From an uncultured Pelagibacteraceae bacterium (GTDB lineage: Bacteria > Pseudomonadota > Alphaproteobacteria > Pelagibacterales > Pelagibacteraceae): a DNA stretch of 64,000 bases. This document shows positions 9,127-17,147 of the stretch, one piece after another. The notes below the pieces were generated by a model, which saw only the letters and a program-made list of their open reading frames with translations, searched no databases and was not told the origin of the DNA. Each line of letters starts with the position of its first letter. Position 1 is the first letter of the stretch. The position numbers and the translations under genes are program-made. The stretch spans positions 11,657 through 75,656 of the forward strand of contig CACJMB010000005.1 of the NCBI GenBank assembly GCA_902594405.1. Reading direction: 5' to 3'.

Positions 9127-10953
9127 ATGAACTCTAATCTAAAAAATAATTTAAATGAATTATTTAATTTAGCTATTGAAAATCATCAAAAAAATAATCT
9201 AGCTGAGGCTTTAAAAATTTATGAGAATGTTCTCAAAATTGATCCTGGTCATTTTAATTCAATACTCAATTTGGGAATTTTGATGGCTCAAAAAAGCATG
9301 TTTGATAATTCATTAATATATTTTAATAAAGCGCTTAAAATTCAACCTGATAATCCAGATATTTTAAACAATCTAGGTCTAGTTAATCGTGATTTGGGTA
9401 ATTTATCTGAAAGTATTAAATTTTTTCAAAAAGCAATAGATATTAAAAAAGATTTTTTTGTTGCCTATAACAATTTAGGAATAATTTACAAAGAACAAGG
9501 TAAATTTGAAAATGCAAAAAGTAATTTTTTAAAATCAATTGAAATAAATTCAATTTATAGTGATCCATACAATAATTTAGGTTTAATTTACAAAGATGAA
9601 AATAAAATTGACCAAGCAGAAAAATATTTTTTAAAAACAATTGAATTAGATCCAAAAAATTTACATGCAATTAATAATTTAGGTAATTTATTAAAAAATA
9701 AAGGTGAAATTTTACAAGCTGAAAAGTATTTTAATAAAGCGATAGAAATTAATAATAAATACTTCGACTCGTTTAATAATTTAATGGATTTATATGAAAG
9801 AACGAATAAAAATGAAAAATTAATTGAAATTATAAATAAAGCAAAAAAATACTTTCCTAATAATTTAGTAGTTGAATTATTTTATGGTCAATATCTCTAC
9901 AAAGTTGAAAAATATAAAGAGTCTATAAATTGCTTAAATAAAATTTCATTTAATGACAATGAATTGAAAAGAGAAAAATTTAAATCACTAATACTTGCAA
10001 AAAGTTATGATAAAATCAATGATGTTGATCAAGCCTATAAATTTTTTGAAATTACAAATAACATTAATCTTCAATTAAAAGATATTAAGATTAATAAAAA
10101 TAATTTTTTAAATATTATAAATGAAAGATTTACTTTTTTTGAAACATATAAAAAAATAGTAAATGATCATGAAAATGAAACTGTTGATAAGAGCCCTATA
10201 TTTTTAATTGGTTTTCCTAGATCTGGAACCACTCTATTAGATACAATTTTAAGATCACATAAGTGTATAGAAGTTATAGAAGAAAAACCAGCAGTGCAAA
10301 ATTTAATTTCGTCAATTAACGCATATACAAAAGGAAATTTTGAAAATTTAGATAATTTAAATCAATTCCAAAAATATCTTTTAAGAGATGAATATTTTAA
10401 AAACTTAAACAGTTATATTGGAAAAAAAAATTATAAAGATATTGTCTTAGATAAAATGCCACTTAATATTATTTATGTTGGTGAAATAATAAAAATTTTT
10501 CCAAATGCAAAATTTATTTTATCATTACGACATCCGTATGACTCTGTCCTAAGTTGTTTTATGCAAAGTTTTGAATTAAACAGCGCTATGTCTAATTTTT
10601 TAAATCTAAATGATAGTGCAATTTTATATGATTTAGTAATGAAGTTATGGAAAGTATATACTGAGAAATTAAATATCAATTATCATATAATAAAATATGA
10701 GGAAATTATAAATGACTTTAATAATACAATTGAAAAAACCTTAAATTTTATCGATTTAAAATGGTCTGATGATTTAAAAAAATTTTATGAAACAGCAAGA
10801 AAAAGAAATTTGATAAACACGCCTAGTTATAATCAGGTAAATAAACCTTTATATAGTAGTTCTATAAATAGATGGAAAAAATATGATAATAAAATTAATA
10901 ATATTTTTCCAATTTTAGATAAATGGGTTAATGAATTTCAATATAAGACATAA
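9127..10953 (+). CDS. TPR-repeat protein with C-terminal sulfotransferase domain
   Basis: Tandem YNNLG-type TPRs, then the PAPS-binding GFPRSGTTL, DKMPLN and RHPYD motifs. Confidence 0.9.
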   Translation: MNSNLKNNLNELFNLAIENHQKNNLAEALKIYENVLKIDPGHFNSILNLGILMAQKSMFDNSLIYFNKALKIQPDNPDILNNLGLVNRDLGNLSESIKFFQKAIDIKKDFFVAYNNLGIIYKEQGKFENAKSNFLKSIEINSIYSDPYNNLGLIYKDENKIDQAEKYFLKTIELDPKNLHAINNLGNLLKNKGEILQAEKYFNKAIEINNKYFDSFNNLMDLYERTNKNEKLIEIINKAKKYFPNNLVVELFYGQYLYKVEKYKESINCLNKISFNDNELKREKFKSLILAKSYDKINDVDQAYKFFEITNNINLQLKDIKINKNNFLNIINERFTFFETYKKIVNDHENETVDKSPIFLIGFPRSGTTLLDTILRSHKCIEVIEEKPAVQNLISSINAYTKGNFENLDNLNQFQKYLLRDEYFKNLNSYIGKKNYKDIVLDKMPLNIIYVGEIIKIFPNAKFILSLRHPYDSVLSCFMQSFELNSAMSNFLNLNDSAILYDLVMKLWKVYTEKLNINYHIIKYEEIINDFNNTIEKTLNFIDLKWSDDLKKFYETARKRNLINTPSYNQVNKPLYSSSINRWKKYDNKINNIFPILDKWVNEFQYKT

Positions 10954-10969
10954 ATTGTCCAAGTTTATT

Positions 10970-11410
10970 TTAAAATTTGATTTTATCACCCACTCTTATA
11001 CTTGCTGATGTAAGAATTTGGCATCTTAGACCACCTTTTCTCATAAATTCTTTAAGAATATTTTTTTGATCAAGCATTTCAGTCAAATGTTTGCACGGAC
11101 GACATAATTCAACCCCCTCTAATTCAACATTCCCTACTTTTAATTTTTTTCCAATTAATTCATTTAGCTGAATCCCTTTTGTAACGACATTCCTTCTAAA
11201 ATCGATGTAAGGTATGTCTAGCCCAAATTTAATATTATATTCATCAATATTCTCAGACTCTATTAAAGACAATTGATTGTATGGATCATTAAAATCATGA
11301 AAATGTCTATCACCTACTATTCCTTTATTTGCTAAAACCTCAATTGAATTTACTTCCTTGATGGGTTGATTATTGTTAGCAGTAATTCCTAATTTAAATA
11401 CTTCGGCCAT
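10970..11410 (-). CDS. MOSC domain protein
   Basis: GIVGDR, FRRNVVTKG, LCRPCKHL and GGLRCQIL motifs. Confidence 0.9.
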   Translation of the reverse strand: MAEVFKLGITANNNQPIKEVNSIEVLANKGIVGDRHFHDFNDPYNQLSLIESENIDEYNIKFGLDIPYIDFRRNVVTKGIQLNELIGKKLKVGNVELEGVELCRPCKHLTEMLDQKNILKEFMRKGGLRCQILTSASIRVGDKIKF

Positions 11411-11457
11411 AAATTATTGAAGAAATAGTTGAGCTCATATAATCTTTTTAAAATAAT

Positions 11458-12282
11458 ATGACTTATCTATCTTCAAATCAACTTAAACAGTATGAAGATC
11501 AAGGTTATATATCCCCTATTGAAGTTTTGTCTAGTCGTGAAGCATTAGAGACAAGAGAAGAAATAGAATTAATTGAAAAAAAAATGCCAAATGAAATAGA
11601 TAAGTCGGGAAGATATAATGTTCATTTAATTTCTCCAAAACTTGATTCGATCGTTCATAATTCTAAAATTTTAGATGCTGTAGAAAGTATTATCGGAAAA
11701 AATATCTTAGTTTGTAGCACTACTTTATTTATTAAAAACCCTAACGAGCAAGGTTTTGTAAGCTATCACCAAGATGCAAAGTACATAGGATTAGAGCCTC
11801 ACAATTGGGTCACAGCATGGGTCGCATTAACAGACTCGAATGAAAACAACGGGTGTATGAAAATGTGGCCTAAATCACATTTAAATATTAAAGATCACAA
11901 TGAGAAATTTAATGAAGGCAACTTGCTTACTCGAGGACAAACAGTAGAGAATGTACCTGAGGACAAAGTTAAGTCTATAGAACTAAAAGCTGGTCAAATG
12001 TCTTTGCATCATCCAAGAATAGTCCATGGGTCAGGAATAAATAAGAGTAATGATAGAAGAATAGGATTTGTTATTCAAAGTTATATAGGGACAAACGTAA
12101 AACAAACCTTAGGTAAAAATGGTGTTCAAGTTGCAAGAGGAGAGGATAAATACCATCATCATGAAATTATAAATAGAACTAATGCTTTAATGAGTGAAGA
12201 AAGTATTTTACTTCGAAAAAAAGAAAATGATTATTTGCAGGAAATTTTTTATAAAGGTGCAAAACAAAAAGGATCTTACTAG
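11458..12282 (+). CDS. Phytanoyl-CoA dioxygenase (PhyH)-family Fe(II)/2-oxoglutarate dioxygenase
   Basis: FIK...YHQD (HxD) motif, distal His in IVHGS, and conserved Arg in DRRIG. Confidence 0.9.
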   Translation: MTYLSSNQLKQYEDQGYISPIEVLSSREALETREEIELIEKKMPNEIDKSGRYNVHLISPKLDSIVHNSKILDAVESIIGKNILVCSTTLFIKNPNEQGFVSYHQDAKYIGLEPHNWVTAWVALTDSNENNGCMKMWPKSHLNIKDHNEKFNEGNLLTRGQTVENVPEDKVKSIELKAGQMSLHHPRIVHGSGINKSNDRRIGFVIQSYIGTNVKQTLGKNGVQVARGEDKYHHHEIINRTNALMSEESILLRKKENDYLQEIFYKGAKQKGSY

Positions 12283-12285
12283 TTT

Positions 12286-13296
12286 ATGAAAAAAGCACTT
12301 AACCTTGGAGTAATCGGAATAGATCATGGTCATATTTTCGATATGCTAGATGAAATGATTAAAGAAGGTTGTAGCTGTAATTATTTTTGGACAGATGGAG
12401 ATCCTTTAACTCTTAAAGAATTTAATAAAAAATATCCAAATATTAAAAGAAAAGAAAATAAAGAGGAAATATTAAATGACTCATCTATTGATATGATTTT
12501 AATATCTTCAATCCCTGTAGATAGAGCTGGTCATTCAATAGACGCATTAAAAGCTGGTAAAGATGTTATGGTAGATAAACCAGGCTGTACTACCTTAGAT
12601 CAGTTAAATAATTTAAAAAACGTTGTTAAAGAAACTGGAAAGATATGGTCTGTAAATTTTTCTGAAAGATTTCACGTTGCTGCAGTTGCTAAAGCTGAAG
12701 AATTAGTCAATGAGGGAAAAATTGGTAAAGTAAAGCAAACGATTGGTACAGGTCCCCATAGACAGGGTAATTATGAAAGACCTGATTGGTTTTATAATCG
12801 TCAAAGTTATGGAGGAATTATTACCGATATTGGTTCTCACCAAATTCATCAATTTTTGGTTTTTACAAATTCAAATCAAGCAAAAATCAACCATGCATTA
12901 GTAGAAAATACTACAAAGAAAGATATGCCTGGTTTTCAAGATTTTGGCGAAGTGAACCTTACTGGTAATGGTGGGCATGGTTATATTCGCCTAGATTGGT
13001 TTACTCCAGATGCCCTTCCAACCTGGGGAGATGGCAGATTGTTAATCCTTGGAGACAAAGGTTTTATTGAAATAAGAAAATATACAGACCTAGCAAAATC
13101 AGAAAAAGGTAATCATTTATTTTTAGCAAATAATGATGAGGTGAAGCATATTGATTGTTCTAATGTTAAACTACCCTACTTTAGCAATTTAATTACTGAT
13201 GTTTTAAACAGAACAGAAACTGCATGTCCTCAAGATCTTACTTATCTTTCAATGGAACTTGCTATTAAAGCTCAAGAGCAAGCCGAAAAAAAATGA
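12286..13296 (+). CDS. Gfo/Idh/MocA-family oxidoreductase
   Basis: Rossmann GVIGIDHGH, GKDVMVDKPG and DIGSHQI motifs. Confidence 0.9.
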   Translation: MKKALNLGVIGIDHGHIFDMLDEMIKEGCSCNYFWTDGDPLTLKEFNKKYPNIKRKENKEEILNDSSIDMILISSIPVDRAGHSIDALKAGKDVMVDKPGCTTLDQLNNLKNVVKETGKIWSVNFSERFHVAAVAKAEELVNEGKIGKVKQTIGTGPHRQGNYERPDWFYNRQSYGGIITDIGSHQIHQFLVFTNSNQAKINHALVENTTKKDMPGFQDFGEVNLTGNGGHGYIRLDWFTPDALPTWGDGRLLILGDKGFIEIRKYTDLAKSEKGNHLFLANNDEVKHIDCSNVKLPYFSNLITDVLNRTETACPQDLTYLSMELAIKAQEQAEKK

Positions 13297-14372
13297 AAAA
13301 ATATCAAGTTGCAATAATTGGTACCAATATAGGGGCAAAACATTTTGAAGATTTTCAAAAAGTATCTGAGAGATTTAGTATTCACACATTATGTGGTTTA
13401 ACTCGGGAGGCTATTGATAAAATATTACAATTAAATACTGAGACAAAAGTTTCTCTAAATTTTGATGATGTATTAAAAGTTAAAGAAATTGATATTATTG
13501 ATATTTGTCTCCCACCCCATTTACATTTTTCTGCTTGTAAAAAAGCTATAGAAGCTGGAAAGCATGTGATTTGTGAAAAACCATTAGTTTCAAGTCTTAA
13601 AGAAATAGATGAATTAGAAAAAATTAGCAAAGAAACTGGCAAAATTATTTTTCCAGTATTTCAATATCGATATGGTCTAGGATTTTCAAAATTAAAAGCA
13701 TTGATCAAATCTGGTTTAGCAGGAAACCCTTTGGTTGCTTCTTTAGAAACTCATTGGAATAGAGGTAAAGATTATTATTCAAAACCTTGGAGAGGAACTT
13801 GGGAAGGTGAACAAGGTGGGGCAATTTTAAGTCACTCTATTCATATTCATGATTTAGTTAGTATGATCCTGGGGCCTGTCTCAAATATTTTTGCAAAATT
13901 AACAACTAGAGTAAATGATATTGAAGTTGAAGATTGTGCAGCTCTTTCTATTGAAATGGAAAACGGCACATTAGTTACAAGTTCAATTACATTGGGTGCA
14001 GCAAATGATACGAGTAGACTTCGATTTTGTTTTGAAGGGTTAACAGCTGAGTCTGGTGCATCACCAGATAAACCATATAGTCCAGCTGATGATAAATGGG
14101 ACTTTTTACCAAGAGCACCTATAACTCAAGCTCAAATAGATGAAGTGCTATCAAAGGTAAAAGAACCAAAATCATGGTATGCAGGTATGTTTGAAGAAAT
14201 TGCTAATAAACTAGATGGATATCCTAGTGATGAAGTAACTTTATCAGATGCTAGAAAATCTCTAGAATTTGTAACCGCTGTGTATGATTCTTCTAGACAA
14301 AATAAGAATATTAAACTTCCAATTAATAAAGATAATCCTTTATATAATTCTTGGTTACCTTTAAATAATTAA
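13293..14372 (+). CDS. Gfo/Idh/MocA-family oxidoreductase
   Basis: GKHVICEKPL, EQGGAILSHSIHIHD and EVED motifs. Confidence 0.9.
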   Translation: MKKYQVAIIGTNIGAKHFEDFQKVSERFSIHTLCGLTREAIDKILQLNTETKVSLNFDDVLKVKEIDIIDICLPPHLHFSACKKAIEAGKHVICEKPLVSSLKEIDELEKISKETGKIIFPVFQYRYGLGFSKLKALIKSGLAGNPLVASLETHWNRGKDYYSKPWRGTWEGEQGGAILSHSIHIHDLVSMILGPVSNIFAKLTTRVNDIEVEDCAALSIEMENGTLVTSSITLGAANDTSRLRFCFEGLTAESGASPDKPYSPADDKWDFLPRAPITQAQIDEVLSKVKEPKSWYAGMFEEIANKLDGYPSDEVTLSDARKSLEFVTAVYDSSRQNKNIKLPINKDNPLYNSWLPLNN

Positions 14373-14374
14373 AC

Positions 14375-14842
14375 ATGTCAGATTCAAATAAAGCACCAAA
14401 CGATTTTTTTGATAATTGGAATAAAATCCAATCAATGTCGTATAAAAATGTCATTGAGCTACTTGTAAAGAGAAGTAGTGAAAAAAAGATATTAGCTTTA
14501 ATTCAATTTGAATTAGATCAATTTTCAGAAAATGTTCAAAAGGATTTGACTATTTCAGAAACAAGTTCTTTCTATCAAGAAATATCTAATCTTTTCAGAG
14601 ATTCAAACTGGTGGTCAACCGCTACAGTAACAGATGCTTGTAAATATTACTTAAACTGTGCAAGAAATAATATTTCTTATTTTAAAAACTATGTGGAGGC
14701 AGATAGTGATTTGTCTCAAAATCAAAAAAATGAGATATTTGCTTTATATCAATTGTGCACTTTATTTGTTTCTTGGAATGCCAGTAAAGACAAACAAATC
14801 AGAGAAATTATAGATATTAGAAAAAGTTTATTTTTTAGATAA
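14375..14842 (+). CDS. Hypothetical protein, 155 aa
   Basis: Clean ORF starting 2 nt after the upstream stop; no motif recognised. Confidence 0.6.
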   Translation: MSDSNKAPNDFFDNWNKIQSMSYKNVIELLVKRSSEKKILALIQFELDQFSENVQKDLTISETSSFYQEISNLFRDSNWWSTATVTDACKYYLNCARNNISYFKNYVEADSDLSQNQKNEIFALYQLCTLFVSWNASKDKQIREIIDIRKSLFFR

Positions 14843-14850
14843 AACTAAAC

Positions 14851-14913
14851 TGTATGAACAAAGAAAACGCAAGTAAACTCTGGAAAATTATTCAGGATGC
14901 TGGCGATTATTTG
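14851..14913 (+). repeat. 63-bp direct repeat, left copy (partner at 18821..18883)
   Basis: 61 of 63 positions are identical by manual alignment; mismatches at 14859/18829 and 14898/18868. Confidence 0.95.
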
Positions 14914-14922
14914 GGGTGCTAG
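14854..14922 (+). pseudogene. Truncated duplicate (22 codons) of the 5' end of the 75-aa gene at 18824
   Basis: Reads MNKENASKLWKIIQDAGDYL-GC-stop, versus MNKENASKLWKIIQEAGDYLLG at 18824. Confidence 0.85.
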
Positions 14923-14930
14923 TGGTACAC

Positions 14931-14965
14931 CCTACCTGACACTACCTCACACTACTTCACACTAG
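14931..14965 (+). repeat. Imperfect 10-bp tandem repeats (cctacctgac actacctcac actacttcac actag)
   Basis: Read directly from the sequence; 10-nt period, 3 to 3.5 units. Confidence 0.75.
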
Positions 14966-15030
14966 CTATGCGGACTATTTAATTTTCATCAAAAATAATT
15001 TGCTTAAAGACTCATCAATTTAAGCAATAA

Positions 15031-15067
15031 ACTAGTCCCCAAACTAGAACATATTGAGATAAATCAA
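15031..15067 (+). repeat. Repeat R1 (37 bp) ACTAGTCCCCAAACTAGAACATATTGAGATAAATCAA
   Basis: One of three near-identical intergenic copies (15031, 16989, 18774). Confidence 0.95.
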
Positions 15068-15121
15068 ATAGCCATTTTTAAGTAATTAGACTCTCTATTT
15101 ATGATTTGGTAATCTTGGATC

Positions 15122-16423
15122 ATGAGCTTAAGTACTGAACTTAAAAAAAAAATTGCTAGAGTAAAACTTAAAGAGTCAGGAACATTTGTTTCTATTTATG
15201 CAGGAGATCTTATTTATGATATCTTGCGCGTTGATCCTAGAGTCGTAGATGGTGTTGATTTTCTTCGAAAAGATGATTTGTCCAGTGTATTAAAGTTTGG
15301 AAAACAAGAGATTGCAGATAGAGCAGAAAAATCAAAAGAATCTTTATCTGGATTACATGACAGTTACACTGGATACACTTTTGAAAGAGTTGTTGCCTTG
15401 GATTTTCAACAGAGAGGTTCTGAAGTTCAATTCCCAAATTCAGCTCAACAATCTGGTCATGATCTTGTAATTAATGGTGAAAAGTTTCAAGTAAAGACCC
15501 AGGGGGACGGTATAGATATAATTGAGAGACATTTTGAAAAATATCCAAACATTAGAGTAATTGCAAACAGTGAAGCTCATGAAAAGTTTATAGAAAAGTA
15601 TCCTGAAAAAGCACATTTGGTTATGAATAGTGGATTTAGCCACGATCAAACTGAAAACCTGGTTAAAGAAAGTACAGACGCAGCTGTGGAAGTATTTGAA
15701 GACAATAATTTATTTGGAAGTGCAATTCCTGAAATACTTGGAATCGTTTCAATTATTTCTATTGGAAAAAATTTTATGAATTGGGCAGAGGGAAATACAA
15801 ATGTTGAGACAGCATTAAAAAATGTTGCAATCGATAGTGTAGGAAAATTTGCAGGAGCTGGAGTAGGTGCAAAATTAGGTTCTTTTATACTGCCACCTTT
15901 TGGAACTATAGTTGGTGGCACACTAGGATTTGTTTTTGGTGGCAACTTAGCTAATGAATATAAAATTGATAATTACTGCAAATATGAAATGGAAAATTTA
16001 GATAAAGCAATTGATGATTATTTAAAAAAAAGTGAGGAGATAATAAGTAAAAATAATAAAAATTTTGAAAAGAAAGTAAAATATTTAACCGAAAAATTAA
16101 AAAATAAAAAAGGTGAAAGAGCTAGAGAGTTTGAATTATTTATTAATAAAAAAATTTTAAGAGAAAGAAAAGATAAACAAGGAATTCTAAATACACTTAG
16201 AAAATATTTTAAAAAATCTAGACGAGGTATCGAAAAATTTGAGGAACTATCTAAGAAATTTAAAGATAAGACTAGTTCAACGAAATATAATCATTACGCA
16301 CTAGAAGCATTAAATTTGTCAGCAGAAAATGGCGTTATGCCAGAGTTTATCCCTTTCGAAGCAGATAATTTATTTGATAAAGTTAAGAAATTTATGGAAG
16401 CAGCAAAAAAACACGGTGTTTAA
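15122..16423 (+). CDS. Hypothetical protein with putative PD-(D/E)xK-like nuclease motif, glycine-zipper TM segment and Lys/Glu-rich C-terminus
   Basis: GYTFERVV...GHDLVINGEKFQVKT (E...D...QxK) followed by AGAGVGAKLGSFILPPFGTIVGGTLGFVFGG. The nuclease call is inferred from the motif only. Confidence 0.55.
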   Translation: MSLSTELKKKIARVKLKESGTFVSIYAGDLIYDILRVDPRVVDGVDFLRKDDLSSVLKFGKQEIADRAEKSKESLSGLHDSYTGYTFERVVALDFQQRGSEVQFPNSAQQSGHDLVINGEKFQVKTQGDGIDIIERHFEKYPNIRVIANSEAHEKFIEKYPEKAHLVMNSGFSHDQTENLVKESTDAAVEVFEDNNLFGSAIPEILGIVSIISIGKNFMNWAEGNTNVETALKNVAIDSVGKFAGAGVGAKLGSFILPPFGTIVGGTLGFVFGGNLANEYKIDNYCKYEMENLDKAIDDYLKKSEEIISKNNKNFEKKVKYLTEKLKNKKGERAREFELFINKKILRERKDKQGILNTLRKYFKKSRRGIEKFEELSKKFKDKTSSTKYNHYALEALNLSAENGVMPEFIPFEADNLFDKVKKFMEAAKKHGV

Positions 16424-16429
16424 AATAAG

Positions 16430-16771
16430 ATGTTTAATTGGATTAAAAGTAAAATCTCTAAAAAAATTAATTCAGAAATGGATGGATGCATTTTGCAAAA
16501 TCTTAATTTTGTAAATATGGTTGAGAAGGAACAATATATTTTTAAGAAAAATATTGACCAGACTATAATGAATCGAATTTATGAGATCAAAGAACAAACT
16601 GAAAAATATGATAAAATTAAAAAAGCTGGTGATAACTTTACCCCTAAAGAAACAGATGATTTGTTGGAAATGAATATGCATTGTAGAAACATTTGGAAAA
16701 CTTATTTTAATAAAACCGCTTTTGAGTTTGATAAAATATTTTCAAGTGATGATCTTGACAGTGATAACTAG
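16430..16771 (+). CDS. Hypothetical protein, 113 aa
   Basis: ORF begins 6 nt after the upstream stop on the same strand. Confidence 0.6.
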   Translation: MFNWIKSKISKKINSEMDGCILQNLNFVNMVEKEQYIFKKNIDQTIMNRIYEIKEQTEKYDKIKKAGDNFTPKETDDLLEMNMHCRNIWKTYFNKTAFEFDKIFSSDDLDSDN

Positions 16772-16791
16772 AGTATCTAACCTAATTAAGT

Positions 16792-16971
16792 ATGACAAAT
16801 TGGCAAATAATTTTAGCGATTATAATTGTTGGATTGTCAATTGTTATGCCAATTTACTATTCTCAAAAAAGAAAGAAAGAAAATCAAACCAAACAAGAAG
16901 CAATTGAGCGTATGCAAATTCGAGAATATGGTAGAAAAATAAACGACGAAACTAGAGCAAAGAAAAAATAA
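16792..16971 (+). CDS. Small single-pass membrane protein, 59 aa (not in the ORF track)
   Basis: Manual translation MTNWQIILAIIIVGLSIVMPIYYSQKRKKENQTKQEAIERMQIREYGRKINDETRAKKK: a hydrophobic N-terminus followed by a basic tail. Confidence 0.7.
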   Translation: MTNWQIILAIIIVGLSIVMPIYYSQKRKKENQTKQEAIERMQIREYGRKINDETRAKKK

Positions 16972-16988
16972 ATTAAATTTTATTGAAA

Positions 16989-17025
16989 ACTATTCCCCAA
17001 ACTAGAACATTTAGAGATAAATCAA
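16989..17025 (+). repeat. Repeat R2 (37 bp) ACTATTCCCCAAACTAGAACATTTAGAGATAAATCAA
   Basis: Second copy of R, lying between cassette A and the SDR-TetR cassette. Confidence 0.95.
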
Positions 17026-17054
17026 AATAGTAATTTATATCAAAATAAGTATTT

Positions 17055-17101
17055 GTCAACAGTTGTTGATAAAATAATAATATAAGTCAACAGTTGTTGA
17101 C
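17055..17101. promoter_or_regulatory. Two palindromic operator candidates GTCAACA-GT-TGTTGA(T/C) at 17055..17070 and 17086..17101
   Basis: The second copy is a perfect 7-2-7 inverted repeat. Both lie upstream of the SDR gene that is paired with a TetR gene. Confidence 0.75.
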
Positions 17102-17147
17102 TCTTTAAATAATAACTTCTAAATTTTATCTAAAAAAAGGAGCAATT

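Noticed and set aside
15031-15067. R as a dif/Xer site or a classical integron attC
   Set aside because: There is no 11-6-11 XerC/XerD layout, and no RYYYAAC...GTTRRRY ends with a long internal palindrome.
16722-16907. 61-aa ORF from the track
   Set aside because: It overlaps the 113-aa gene and the more plausible 59-aa TM ORF in another frame.
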